From positions 74,090,001 to 74,154,000 of the forward strand of contig OX597821.1 of assembly GCA_951406725.2 (NCBI GenBank): 64,000 nucleotides of DNA. Direction: 5' to 3'. Below the pieces are notes generated by a model. It had not been told where the DNA came from. It made no database searches and was given only the letters and a program-made list of their open reading frames with translations. A program made the translations under genes and the position numbers. Of the stretch, positions 14,021 to 28,808 are shown in pieces (the stretch's first letter is position 1; each line of letters opens with the position of its first letter). The stretch comes from Octopus vulgaris. Its lineage: Eukaryota.

Positions 14021-14299
14021 TTTTTATAAGCTTAGTGCTTATAAGCGATCACGGCGCAATGACTAAAAAAAATAGTCTACTAATGCGGCTATTTTGCTTA
14101 GACATTGTGCGGTGATTGCTTATAAGCATAACGCTTATAAAAATACTATTATTATTATTATTATTATTATTTATAGAATTGTAAAAATCGACGATGCTTA
14201 ACAAAACCATCGCATGCATACATACATACATACATACATACATACATACATACATACATACATACATACATACATACATACACACACACATACATACAT

Positions 14300-14480
14300 A
14301 TACCACAGTGAGCACATAAATGGGAAACAAGGTGGAAGAAAAGAGTACTCAAATACCAGAAGTAGAGTAATATGCTTTATTACAAAGCAGCAGGGATATA
14401 ACAAAACTGTCGGACGACCGAGAACGTGAAACTCTAAGTAACAGCCTTTGTGATATTTCTGCTGCTTTTAAATAAGGAGT
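14300..14480 (+). mobile_element. Interspersed repeat with fold-back arm and hammerhead-like core (Penelope-type)
   Basis: Arms aaagcagcagggatataacaaaactgt / acagcctttgtgatatttctgctgcttt enclose CGGACGA-stem-GAAA-stem-GUA; a related inverted copy lies at 24618-24718. Confidence 0.55.
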
Positions 14481-14589
14481 ATATATAAATATATATATGT
14501 ATATACACACACTAACACACACACACACACATATAACATAGTATAATATGATATAATATAATGATATATACTACACTATAATACATAAC

Positions 14590-14760
14590 AGGAAGAATCG
14601 TTAGCACACCGGACAAAACGGTTACCGACATTCCGTCCGTTTTTACGATATGATTTCAAATTCTACCAAGGTCAATTTCACCTTGTATCCTTTCGGGGAC
14701 GACGAAATACGTACCAGTTGAGTACTGGGGTTGACATAATCGACTATTTCGCACATCGAA
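14590..14760 (+). mobile_element. SINE family B, degenerate copy
   Basis: gaatcgttagcacaccggacaaaa ... ttcaaattctaccaaggtc ... tcctttcgggg ... gtaccagttgagtactgggg. Confidence 0.7.
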
Positions 14761-14800
14761 GTTTTCGAGCTTTCTTTGCGCCTACCGTACAAATTATATG

Positions 14801-14896
<96 letters not shown>

Positions 14897-15401
14897 AATA
14901 TATATACATGCATATATATATGTGTATATATATATATATATACCTAAATATGTCTCTATCCACCTACCTGGCTACTCATATACACACAAACACACACACG
15001 CACACACACGCGTATACGTGTGTATATATATATATATGGGTAGCTACATAAGTGGAATAAATACATGTTTGTAAGCATGAATCTACTTGTCGTTACATTC
15101 ACATACGTACGCGTCCATTTGTGAGTTTGTACATGTTGTGTGGGCGTCCTACGAAGGGTGTTAGTGTATATATATATTTAATATTTATTTATATACATTC
15201 ATTTATAAATATTTATATGTGCAACCAAATATGTGTACTTTATATTTACATATGTATATATATAGATATATATATATACAAATACATACAGAGACAGACA
15301 GACAGACACACACACATATATATGAATACATATATATATCCATATATATATAAATATATATATATATTATTCACATATACATATTCATACATATATATAT
15401 T

Positions 15402-15517
<116 letters not shown>

Positions 15518-16330
15518 TGTATTTATATATTATTATATATATATATATGCATGTATATATATATATATTTATATACATATATATATATATATATACACAC
15601 ATATATATATATATATATAATTATGTTTATATATATATGTGTATACTTACACAAAGAAGTGCACGCGCTCACACACACACATATCGAATTACACAATTTA
15701 CACAACTATATACATAGATACGTGCATATATATATGCATATGTTGCCCTATGTTTATATTGACCGTGTGTGCATGCCTGGGTGTGTATGTGTGTGTGCGT
15801 GTGTGTGTCTTTATGTGCCCGACCTTATCCTATTCGAAATCCATTTGCTTGTAACATAAATTATTTTTTTAATACTCTCTCACGTATCTACGTATTCCCA
15901 CCGGCTTGCGCAACTGGCTGCTCGGAAACTTATCTGCTCGGAAACTTCTCATATTTATTTTTATAGTATTTTCCAGTTGGAAAATATACAGAGAAACGGG
16001 AAACAAAGTAACGAAGAAATTCCGGATAATGAACAAATCGACACTTTCTCTTTCTTTTAGTTTAACCAAATACAGCAGAGACAATTATTCTTATTTCTCC
16101 ACGTATAATCATATTTCTACGTATGGGTTACATAAATACACACACACACATGCATAAAAACACAAACATACACATACGTAAACACACACATGTATATATA
16201 CATTTGCATATATATATATAGATGTGTATATATATATATATATATACATAATACATACATATATACATACATACGTACCTATATATACATATGTATATAT
16301 GTATATATGTATATATATATATATATATAC

Positions 16331-16422
<92 letters not shown>

Positions 16423-16462
16423 GCATATATATAAAACGGAGGCAGTCAGAATTTTGGTTAAT

Positions 16463-16560
<98 letters not shown>

Positions 16561-17244
16561 CATATATATTATTTTATATGTCTACGCACACACACACACT
16601 CACACACAGTCACACACACACACACTCACACACACTCACACACACACATATTTATAAATATATATACATGTATATATATACATATATGTATATAAAAGTA
16701 CACGGACCACTCATATATGTGTGTGTGCATGTATGTATACGTGTGTTTATATACACATATATATAGTTATATATATATACATATTTTATATATAAATATG
16801 TATATATAAATATATATATAAATATATATATAATCTTTATATATAAACGGACACACTCACACACACATATATATGCACACATATGCCAATTTAATATATA
16901 GCACAACTTATAGGTGGAGAATCTAAGTGAAGCTTATGCATGAAACTTTCACAAACCTAGGTTCATACTGAATAACTTAAAAAAAGCCTCGGTATATACA
17001 GGAAACGAATGGTTTGAGCAGAAAGACCGTTCGATTAATTAACGTGGTAAATTGATTCCTATTTCTTTTGGTAGAAGAATTGGTTCACATTTAAAAACTG
17101 GTCTGTTCTGTGGTCTAAACATGGGTCTCTTCTGTGATCTAAACGCGTTGTGATAATGCACCCAGCACCACAACCGCTACCACGATGACGACGACGACGA
17201 CGACGACGACCACCACCACCACCACCACCACCACCACTACCACC

Positions 17245-17278
<34 letters not shown>

Positions 17279-17294
17279 TCATCATATATATATA

Positions 17295-18164
17295 TTGGGT
17301 CATCCCATACACAATGAAGCTTTATATATCTTTTTTTTTTTCAAAATAAAGGTAAACAAACTTCTTTCTTAATTTAAAATATGCTCTCCTTCCTTTATAA
17401 CAATGCTTTTCCATATATCTGGTAGACTCCAAAGCCCGTCTTCCAAAATTCACATCTCCATGACGGAAAATACTCCTCCTGTGCTGTTCTGACCTCGTCT
17501 ACAAAATTCATATTTTTTTCCATGCAAATGATTTTGAAGATTGTGGAATAAATGATAATCAGATGGCAGAATGCTCGGTGAATATGGTCGTCGGGGCATC
17601 ACTTCCCATTCAAACTGCTCTAGCCTTTGTAACATCATCCTCACTGTATGTGGCCTTATGGAAAAACAGCTTTCGTCTTGAAACCAAACATGGTCATTTT
17701 CCAATGGCATGCAGGTGTTGATCAATGGTTGACAGACCAAATCCAAGTTTCTCTGCTTGCTACGATGGGAATTTGTTCCACTAGAGTTTGCAGGACGTTC
17801 TCGTCTAGCTCTATCGATCTTCCAGGACAAGGCTGTAGTTTCCTGTTCGACACTGGCGTACGTTTATTGTCCGATCCCCATATACTGCATTAATATTTCT
17901 CGCACATTTCGCTGCGTTGTTACTTTTATTGAACTCATAAAGCAAAATATGCCGAATATGCTCCTTTGTCACTTCTTTTATAGCTTTGCAAAAATAACTG
18001 TTAAAATCGAAATACACTCTTCAAAACTTGCACTAAGAAAATGTAAAAATTAAAAATTACTACAGGCTTTTATAGCAAATTTAATGCAGGTAGTTTATCT
18101 CGCCCGACCTCTAATTTTAGTCCATGCAATTGAAAAAAACTACAATATCTATGGGAGGCCCCGA
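17295..18164 (-). mobile_element. mariner (DD34D) element, internally deleted, both TIRs present
   Basis: TIRs ttgggtcatcccata / tatgggaggccccga flanked by TA; EVTKEHIRHILLYEFNK N-terminus; WEVMPRRPYSPSILPSDYHLF C-terminus. Confidence 0.92.
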
Positions 18165-18203
18165 TAACATAATATGTTATAATATATATATGATTATACC
18201 ATA

Positions 18204-19015
18204 TGAGAGGTATGATGAATAAGTATTCGGACTAGTGCTATACAAACAAAGCTACAACACGTACCAATTTGGCATTTAATCTCCTTTTTCTCCATTGATG
18301 AAAGCATTTCTGGAACTTGTAATCAGCAGCTGCCTCGTCACATTCACTTTGGTTTCCTCGATGTCCTGAAATCTTCCTTTCGAGTGGGATTTGAGTTTTG
18401 GGGATGGGTAAAAGTCACAAGGGGCGGGCGAGATCTGGGGAATACGGTGGCCGTGGGACCCGGAGAATGCTGTGCCTAGCCAAAAACTGCTGCACAAGTT
18501 GCGCTGAATGAGTAGGTGCGGTTCACGGTGCAATTGCCGCTCATTGGCCGCATGCAGTTGTGGCCTTTTCCGACGAATAGCAACTCTCAAAAGGCTGAAA
18601 AACGTCACGGTAGTACTCCTTGTTTACGGTCTGACCAGATGGAGCATACTCATTGTGAACAATCCCCTTGTGGTCGTGGAACATGGTCAACAGTATCTAC
18701 CACTCTTAAGATAGAGCCTTTGTTTTGGGGTCATAGCCATAGACCCACGATTCATCACTCGTTATGTGTATTTTCAAAAAATTTTCATTGTTCTCGACAC
18801 AATCATAGAGATCTTGTGCAATTAAAACCCGTGTGTCTTTTTGGTCAGCTGAAATCAGTTTTGGCACTAACTTGGCAGACATGCGTTTCATACCCAAATC
18901 TTCAGTGATAATGGACTGAACTGAACCATAACTAATCTGCACATCCTCTGATAACTCACGGATGGGGCTTCGACAATTTCCCCTGATACAGCTTGGCACC
19001 AGTGACGTTGCAACT
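18204..19015 (-). mobile_element. mariner transposase pseudogene (irritans/Himar-like)
   Basis: IRELSEDVQISYGSVQSIITEDLGMKRMSAKLVPK, ITSDESWVYGYDP, APCDFYPSPKLKS. Confidence 0.9.
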
Positions 19016-19181
19016 CATTTCTATAGCTGTGTGAACTGGAACAATGTCAAAATACACAACACATAGATCCGGTCTGGAAATCAAACTCACTACCTTGGGA
19101 TTGTGAGTCTGACACTCTCACCACTGAGCCATTCTATCTTTCTTATATTTAAAGCAAAAGAAAGGGGCTAAAACTCAAGAC

Positions 19182-19791
19182 CTAATAATGGTCAGAGATA
19201 CATCTGCTCCTAAAGTAATCCATCATTTGAGAATAAGCATTACGAGGATCTGTTAAGGGATATAGATGGCGGCATTGGCCTCCTGGCGAATAGCCATTGT
19301 CACAGCACATCAATAGCAGGACATGGTCAATGCTGACGTAACATAAGGTCAGTTGAAGGGGAGTCATCATGAACATAGGGATCCTCATCATCTGGTAAAA
19401 TAAAGAATACGTTAAAATATAATCAATATCATAACTGTGCCCTGCTGAGGGAACTAAGAAGGAAGCTAATAAACCTCAGCATCCAGCGTAGGAGAGCTAG
19501 CTGCTACACACATGTTGCAGCAAAATACTTTGAAAGGTTTTTCTGCCGAGAAAGATTGAAAGGACAAAAATAATAAGAGCTAATTAGGGTATTGATGTTG
19601 TTAAGGTGGCACCGAGCAGTATTCTGAATTCGTCAAATAATTAAAATGCCGTGTTTTCATTAGCAGGAACTAATTAAGTTAACCAGAACTTACCTCGCGT
19701 CTTGACAATTTTGCGGAAACAATGAAAGTCATCCACAGCAACAGCAAGACTAAACGACTAGGAAGTCCCCTTTCAAATCTGTCAACGGCAT
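19182..19791 (-). other. Candidate pair of spliced exons (19791-19694 and 19391-19182), product unknown
   Basis: Acceptor tctttatcttcctatgtag, donor gag|gtaagt, acceptor ttctttattttaccag; the joined sequence is open in one frame; no recognisable homology. Confidence 0.25.
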
Positions 19792-21639
19792 CTACATAGG
19801 AAGATAAAGACTAGATAGGAACGGAAGAGATTAGGCTAACCTCTGCGAAAGAAGGGAAAGCTCGAGGCACTACACATCTCCAAAGAAGAGTACGGCACAG
19901 TGTGTAAAATAAGACTTTTTTCTGTGGGCTATTTATGAATCGATTGAAGAAATACAAACTATAGTCACACAAAAATGAGCCTGATTCTCGGCCATTTCTT
20001 GTGCCGAAGACAACTTTAGCGCTTACACGATATGATTCTGTTGGGCATTGTGAATAATTCATGACCTGCTGTCACATTTACTAACATCTGTATTTGGAAA
20101 AATAATTGAGTTTGCCACAATCCTGCAAGCGGTAAGATCTCTGTCAGTCGACGGAAGGGTATTCCTGTTAAGATGCATAGGATGACGCCTCTAAGTGATC
20201 ACATGATTTCCTGGAAATATCAGCTACATTTCGTTCAGCCAATGAACAGAAATCCTCGGAGAATATAGTCCTGTTTACGTAAATAGACATAAGAATCTCG
20301 GCAGGAATGGTCCGTCTGATCATGAGCATACACTGACTCAGGGATAAGAATACAAAGCAAAACAAAAGGAAAGAAGGAGGATATATGTTATGTGGTTGGT
20401 CGACCTGCTACAAGTGGAAAGTTTGTAGAGAAAAGCTCCTCTCAACCGCACGATACTATGGGACAAAGAAACAATAGAAACTCGCCGGACCCTCACGTCC
20501 TTGATAATTCGTCATAAATATGTTAAGATGACTACGGATGATATTCTTTGGTAATATTTTGCTTCCTGACAGCAAAGTGTTGTTTCATCATCATCATCCG
20601 AAGAAGAAGAAGAAAAAAAAGAAGAACAGCAACAACAATATAAATATCTTATAAAACTAGACATTATTATTTACGTAAGTACTTCCATAATTATATTTCT
20701 CTCTCCTTTTTTCCATTTAGTACGGAACCCTAACAGCAGCGTGATGATGTTCATGCTTTTCCACGTGAGTTAACGTCAAAGGTGTTGTAGGGAAATAGTA
20801 ATAATGGTACACGCCTCCCACTTCACGAGTGGAATGTGAGTGTCACTACAAGTAAGGTGACGTCGGCTTGCATTAAAAGCGTACGTAGAGTAGGAGAGTA
20901 CGTGTAGACTGTGTTGATAGTCATGTCTGTATTGAACTAGTAATTATACCGAGTGGACGTTATAACGATCCATCCTTTTGAGGATAATAACAGTGTACGA
21001 CTGGGAGGAGGTCGTACAGTGCCAGATAGAACCATTCTATTGACGACTTTGGAATATAACAATATCTGTCAGAGGCACAACCGTCGTACAAAGATCACCT
21101 TGTAAAAGAGTGGTGTGAATCAATTTCAATTCGTAAATAGAAATGCTTTGAGTTGTCTCGCCTGTCCCTGACTGTCATGTACACCCGGCGCTTTGGGAGA
21201 AGATTTTCCACTAGGCCAACTCGTAACATACCGAGAAATACACTGACCATATTTGTTAAGCATGTGTTGATAATGTTTATGAAACTAGTGCTGCTTTGAT
21301 TTCATACCTGAATTTATTTTTATGTATGCATTGTCCGGGAATACCCGCAAATTTCTATATCTTCGGAATCTACATAGTCCGATGTATATTTATAGAGAAT
21401 TTCAGTAAAAAATATTCATTTTCCTGAAAGTTAAGACGAATTGAAGTGGACTCCGGTGAATTTTGCGAAATATTCCCACCCTATAAAACACTTTCCCCCT
21501 AAATGTTTGTATATTTGGAATCTTCATGATATAGCACATATTTGGAGAAAACCTTATTAAAAATATCCATTTTTCTGAAAGGTATGATCATCCAAATTCG
21601 AAGGAGGGTGGCAGAAATCTGTAGTTATGCTAATTTGTT

Positions 21640-22090
21640 TACAATATCGAGGTCAGCCAAGAGAATGTCTCTGTCCAGGGAAAGAGAGATACCCGCAGAA
21701 AGGGAAGCATACCAAGAAACGGACAGACTATGTACTGCAAAAGTCAGAGCAACTCAAAGTGATGAACAGAGGTATGCACGATTGATAAGAAATAGGATCT
21801 CCACTGCAGAATGAAGAGGTGTTCCAACAACTCAGAGAAACAACTTCTATGAAGCAGCTTTCAGTTATGATCCAGCGTTTCATTATGCAGGTGACACTAG
21901 TATTTCCATTGATGCAATGACAACTGAGTCCATACATTGCAGAGCAAGGAAGTAGTCTGGAGAAACACCTGCACTGTGCTGTAGTGGTGGGATGGTTAAA
22001 CTCCCTGCAATCCTCCAACCTCCAGAGACATTGAAGAAACTGTTGTCATCAACTGATCAAGATTCCAAGCACTTCCCAAACAAAATTATA
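21640..22090 (+). mobile_element. Helitron Rep/Hel N-terminal pseudogene fragment
   Basis: One frame with two stops: AAFSYDPAFHY...IHCRARK*SGETPALCCSGGMVKLPAILQPPETLKKLL...SKHFPNKI, matching the Helitron CxA..GE...CC..G.V.LP...PP..L..LL...SKHF motif. Confidence 0.8.
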
Positions 22091-22314
22091 TATATATATA
22101 TGTGTGTGTGTATGTGTAATATACTGGCCGGACTAAATCGTTTCCATATTGGTATTATTCGACAGTTACGATAATGCAAGGAAGTGCATTGTGTCCAGCG
22201 GTGTACAACAACGACCGATAGCCTGGTGGCTTCCTAGTTTCTGGCTAAAAGGCACACGGCAATACATTAATTAGTGATTCTTGAGTAAATTTTGTTAATG
22301 GCAATCATAACTGA

Positions 22315-22345
<31 letters not shown>

Positions 22346-22466
22346 GGGACGATGATGATGATTATGATTATGAGAGCATAATGCGAAAGCTGATGACAAC
22401 GGTACACATAATAATGATAAAGACGATGATGTTAATGGCACTGATAAATATTAGGACAATGATAAC

Positions 22467-22497
<31 letters not shown>

Positions 22498-22955
22498 GTG
22501 ATGGTGATGGTTTGGTGATGATGATAATGACGACGAGGATGATGATGATGATGATGATTATCTTGTTGTTGGTGTTGGTGGTGGTGGTGATGGTCATGAT
22601 GATGATGATGAGGAGGATGACGACGACAACAACGGCGACAATGATAATGTTATATGATGTTGTAAAATGTTGATGCTCAATTATTCGTCCGTCACAAAAT
22701 CGGACCCGAGGGAGCAAGAAACCGCTTAGATCTTTTAATGTACATGTGAAGCTAGTCTTCAAGTTTAGACCATAAATGTTTCCTGTAAATTAGTAAATAG
22801 GTAATAAAAAAATATCCGTTTAACATTCGCGTGTGCGCACGCCTGTGTGTGTGCATATATGAGCCAATATATGTGTATGCATATATATATATATATATAT
22901 ATATGATGTATTAATATCTATATGTATATATGTATACATATATGTTTAAATTTAC

Positions 22956-23029
<74 letters not shown>

Positions 23030-23721
23030 TTGTGTGTATGTATGTATGTATGTATGTATATATATATGTGTGTCTGTATTTTTAAAATGGTGGCAGTAAC
23101 TTCGAAGTTTGCGTAAGTTGGTTTATATAAACGTATCAAAGCAGGTTTTCGCGAAAGTTTCAATTCACAGACACCATTCTAGGAAAAAAGAAACAAACAT
23201 TTAACTGAGATCTACGTTCTCAGTTCTTTGTTTAATTACTGAACCTTGACTTTATATGCTTAAAAAGCACGTACATTCATTATATGTGTGTGTATATGTG
23301 TGTATTTGTATGCGTATTTGCGTGTGATATTTGTGGATACTATTTCAGTCTGTTGATCAACTTTCATCAGCTTCTTCTTGACTTCACTTATTTATCTCCC
23401 CTGTTTTTCTTCTTCCTCATCAATGATGTTACCACGTCATAATCTCCAAGATTAACCACCAATTTCCCCACCTCCATACAAGTCCTCATTTATATCTAAC
23501 TCTACCTTACATAATCTACATTACTCTATTATGTCCATTCTAATACATATCTATCTTTCTATACCGAGCAAATAATTCACGAGAAAAATATAATTCACGA
23601 AAAAATACTTTGCGAAGATACCATTGACTCTGTTATTATCTAGTGTAACAATTAAAAATGATAATAACAGGCGATTGCAGGTCTCCCCATCCTCAAAAAT
23701 TAAATAACTGAAGGATTAAAA

Positions 23722-24335
23722 TTAATCAAAGGACATACTAAGTATCTTTGCTACATTCACCCACCTTTCTTTGAAACTTTCACGAGACAAAACCTGCCTC
23801 TCCATTCTCGCCTTCCTTTTCAAGTGGTACTTGAAAAAGATGATGAGCAATTGACCATAGGGGTAAGTGTTTGTCTCTAATCCTTTCGCTCGAGTCCACC
23901 ACACACATTCTTTCACCGTGGCCACTAGTACGATGAAGACTGCCTTGCCTTCCCGGTTGGGGGAAGGTAGCGGAGCAATTGTCACGATAGACTCGGCCGA
24001 CAGGTGGACTCGTCCCACACGTGAAAGCAGCCGTTCGGTATAAGCTCACAGGCCCGAAATTGTTGGACACTACACGAGTGCGTGCAGAACGGTTCCGTCG
24101 CTCTGACTGCATCTCGGGCAAGTCGGTCCGGTGTGTCTCGAACCGTGCCTGTAGAGCTTATCCCGAACAGATAATGCTCGATAGCACTGCCAGGCCAGGG
24201 ATATTTGGTGTTTGTCCATAGATCCCGGCCAAAAAGTTGTCTTGAACCGGCGGATCAGGTGTTTTTCGTCGAAGTCCAGATTCTGTCCGAGAAGGTCGTC
24301 GCACCTCCCCTCCACTAATCCTCTATAGAACGGTC
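23722..24335 (-). mobile_element. Tx1/L1-clade LINE ORF2 C-terminal fragment (zinc-finger region)
   Basis: SLAWQCYRALSVRDKLYRHG...TCPRCSQSDGTVLHALV and KECVWWTR, typical of the CxxC..ETxxH zf-RVT region. Confidence 0.8.
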
Positions 24336-24369
24336 TATCTATCTGTTTGTCTATCTGTCTGTCTGTCCG

Positions 24370-24470
<101 letters not shown>

Positions 24471-24543
24471 TGTCTGTCTATCTATCTAACTATATATGTA
24501 TACATACATATATACATACATACATACATACATACACACACAC

Positions 24544-24599
<56 letters not shown>

Positions 24600-24716
24600 C
24601 ATACATATGTATGTAGTTTATTAAAAAGCAGCAGAAATATCTGTGCTGCTTTTAAATATAGCATATTACTCTACTTCTGGTATTTGAGTTCTCTTCTTTT
24701 CCACCTAGTTCGCATT

Positions 24717-24776
<60 letters not shown>

Positions 24777-25810
24777 CTAGCAGAGATACCCGGCGTTGCC
24801 CGGTTACATTCTATTGAAGAATTAGACCTTTCTGTTATATTTTCTGAATGAACTGGAATATCTATGTTTCGAATTTCATCAAAATTGCAGATGAGGGTTA
24901 TTTCCCTCTTTACACACCCTAAAAAATTGTAATCGTGTCACATGGAAACCAAAAGACGAATGATCACAATAAGCAGTCAGTTACCTACCTTAGTCGTTAC
25001 CACTCCCAATGTAGGATTCCTCACCATCCAGGTGACAGGCATAACCGTAAGATGCATTACGAATCTATAGCAATTGGAAGGGCCTGACCCAACTGAAATC
25101 AACATTAACAACTGTGTGACGTGAGGGCTTAGGAGAAATTAAAGTATCACCTCTGGAGTTTGCAAATGACCACTATACTGATACGTAACTGGACAGAATG
25201 AATTTAAAATCTATAAATGTCTTTGAATAGTCAGTCACTCATCTGGGAATGTTACCATCTGGGGACTATGTGTGACCGAGTGATTATAAAAAGACTGAAA
25301 GAAGGTCTGCAATCAAATAACTTTACTCAACACTTTGCAACTGAATCAGTGGAGACAAACATGCCTTTCATTTTCTTAACAATTTATACACCACGTTGCA
25401 GAAATCACAATGTAAGTGTATGTCAAAGCAAACTGTTACACTGTTGTACCATTGAATTAGAAATAATGCCCAACTTTTATGCTCGGGTAACCCTACAGCT
25501 TCCAAGAGTACAACTGTATTCGTTTTTACTTAGATAAAATGACAAAATTGTGGGTGTTAAGTCCCCTTGGAGGGGTCTTCCTAACTTTGTAAGAAGATGA
25601 AATTTTATAAATGTTATTTCTTTTGTGTCTAATATCTATGGTTAAAATTTCATCAACAGCAAAAATATATGAATTGTCTTGGGGGTTATGGCCCTTATGC
25701 TTAGAATATAATTTCCAAATTTCATAAAGATCCATTCAGTACTTTTGACCTAGTTTTGGATCATAAAAGAAATGACTAAAATTTGGGAGTTAAGGCTCCC
25801 ATTAGGGTGT
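24777..25810 (-). mobile_element. Non-autonomous Helitron-like element, 3' end at 24777
   Basis: Minus strand ends ccgggcaacgccgggtatctctgCTAG (GC-rich subterminal hairpin plus CTAG); 5' boundary uncertain. Confidence 0.6.
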
Positions 25811-26185
25811 TATATATATATATCTATATCTATATCTATCTATATATATATATATATATATATATATAGATAGATATAGATATAGATATAGATATAAATA
25901 CACACACACACACACACAAAGATAAATTGATAGATACAACTGAGTGGGCAAACAAAGATATGAGACACAGCCTAGTGCTTTTTTATGTTGATAAGCCTAG
26001 TACTTATTCTATTAGTTTGTTCTTGTGAAACCAGTAAGTTTTGTGGATGTAAATAAATGAACAGCAGTTGTGAAGCTGTGAGGAGGGCGAAACACATACA
26101 CAAAGACACACACATACACTTACATATATACATATATATATACGATTGATTTGTTTCAGTTCCTGTCTACGAAATCCATATATAT

Positions 26186-28808
26186 TGTTGTTGGCATCCT
26201 TTTTGTCTCGGGAGACTATGGAGTTGCACATAAAATAATCTAGTCCGGCTTTTACATTTCATGTCCTAATACATCTCCTGCTGTGGCTGTGTAGTCCTAT
26301 CTGGACAAACACTCCCTCTGGCAGGTGCCGCAAATGTAGCGAAGACTTTGCCTGGCTGGTTGTAATGTCATACTTTCTTGTTGACGTCTTTTCTTGTCTT
26401 TCCATTTCTCCTCTCTCTCTATGTCACTCCTTTGTGTTCCCTCTTTTACGGTACGTCGCCAATCTCCACGGTTGCTGGCAACTGCTTCCCAGTTGGTAAT
26501 ATTGATGTTGCAGGCATTCATGTCCCTTTTGCAAACATCCTTGTATCGTATGAACGGTCTTTCCACAGACCTTGTGCCCCTAGCAAGCTCTCCGTTGAGT
26601 ATGTCCTTGGAGATTCTGCCATCTTTCATACGGCTAACATGTTCAAGCTATCTCATACGTCTTTGTGTGAGGAGTGTAAACATGCTTGGTATTCCTGCTT
26701 GCTTGAGGACATCTTTGTTGGGGACATGATTCTGCCATTTGATGCGAAGGATTTTCCGGAGGCAGCGCAGGTGAAAGATATTTAGGCGACGTATGGCATC
26801 GTATGGCGTGTGTATGGCGTCCAAGTCTCACTTCCATACAGTAGAGTGCCAAGTACACATGCCTGGTAAATCTTCATTTTTGTGGTCTTGGTCAGCTTAT
26901 TGTTGTCCCATGCCCGTTTGGAGAGTTGGGCCATCGCAGCAGCTGCCTTGCCAATGCATATATTAGGCTCAGTATCATATTAGGCTCAGTATCAAGGGAT
27001 AGGTTGTAGGTGACGGTAGAGGCAAGATAGGTAAACTTCTCCACCTCCTGTAGTCTGTGGTCTCCAATATGTATGTTTGGGATGGTCGATGTAGCCTGAC
27101 CCATGATGTTATTTATCTTGAGGCTGATAAATAAGCCAAAGTTGCCACATGCTTGCTCGAAACAGTTGATGAGCCTTTGTAGGGCTTCTTCTGTGTGTGA
27201 TACCAGAGCGGCACCATCAGCAAATAGCATCTCCTTGATCAGGACACTTCTGATTTTGGTCCTGGCACGCAGACGCGAGAGATTGAACAGTTTCCCATCA
27301 CTTCTACTGTGCAGAAACACTCCATCATCTGATGTCACAAAGGCATGTGACAGTAGCAGCGAGAAGATGTCAAATAATGTAGGAGCAAGGACACAGCCTT
27401 GCTTTACCCCATTTTTATTTGGAAGGCGGCTGATGTTGAACCATTGTGCTGTATGGTGCCTTGCATATCATCATGGAAAGATGTGATGATCCTCAGCAGC
27501 TTTGGTGGACATCCGATTTTTGGAGCAGGATGAAGAAGCCTTCTCTACTTACCAAGTCAAAGGTCTTTGTTAGATCAATGAAGGCCATATATAATGGCAT
27601 TTTCTGCTCTCTGGATTTCTCCTGAAGTTGGCGTATGGAGAATATCATGTCAATAGTTGATCTGCTTCTTCTAAAGCCACACTGCGATTCTGGATAAATT
27701 CAAGAAGCAAGCAGTTGCAGCCTGGACAGGATGATGCGAGCAGAGGCCTTTCCAACAGTGCTTAGAAGAGATATTCCACGGTAATTCTTACCATCACCAC
27801 GGTCATCTTTGTTTTTGTAAAGCGTAATGATGTTAGCATCCCGCATATCCTGAGGGATTGTACCCTCTTCCCAGCACTGGCACAGAAGCTCATCAATGTG
27901 CTGAAGCAGGATGGTGCTTTTGGCGGTTTTGATGTTCTCTAAGGGGATGCCGTCTTTTCCCGGGGCCTTGTTACTGGCTAGGGAGTCAATAGCCTTGGTG
28001 AGCTCTGCTATAGATGGCAGACTGTCAAGTTCACACATTGGCAAGATCTTGACACCCTCGATTGCAGCCCCAGCTACCGTGGTGTCTCGTGAGTAGAGAT
28101 CTTGCTAGTACTCCACCCATCTATCCATTTGCTTGCTTTGGTCCTTGATGAGATCCCCAGTAGTTGATTTCAGAGGGGCTGACTTGGTTGCGGATGGATC
28201 AAGAGCCTTCTTCAAACCGGCATACATCCCACGGGTGTCGCCACTGTCAGCAGCTGACTGGATACTCTGACAGATTTTCTGCCAATACCTATTTGCACAG
28301 CGTCTGGCAGTCAGTTGGGTTTTATTTCTTGCCTTTCTGAGTTCTTCGAGTGACTTTATAGAAGAATCACTCTTGTATTACATCAGAGTTGCACGCTTTG
28401 CTTCGATAACTGTTTCCAGCTCTGAGAGCCCAGCACTGAACAAAATCTGGGTTTCGCCTTTCTCTCATGCCGAAAGTATCTATTGATGTGGTATACAAAG
28501 CTTCCCTGATATAATTCCACCTACTTTCAGCAGAGGTGGTTGGGCAGCTACTGAGGGCAACTTTGATAGAAACGGCAAAACATTGTCGCAGTGTAGGGTC
28601 GGCGGTTCTGGCAGTGTTAATGCGTCGTCGGCCCATTTTCTTGGACTGATGGACTTTTTAGGCAGAATCCTCACCCTACTTCTTATTAGTGAATGATCTG
28701 TGTCACAATCCGCGTTGTGGTAAGTACGAGTCAGTTGAACAGAATTCAGAAAGGGTCTTCGTGAAATGATGAGATCCAGCTGATGCCAGTGGTGAGATCT
28801 TGGATGTC
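26186..28808 (-). mobile_element. RTE (BovB-like) LINE, 5'-truncated, decayed endonuclease C-terminus plus RT
   Basis: HPRSHHWHQLDLII...ADCDTDHSL (APE); DANIITLYKNKDDRGDGKNYRGISLLSTVGK; GVKQGCVLAPTLF; MLFADGAAL; 3' end ccatagtctcccgagacaaaaaggatgccaacaacaa. Confidence 0.96.
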
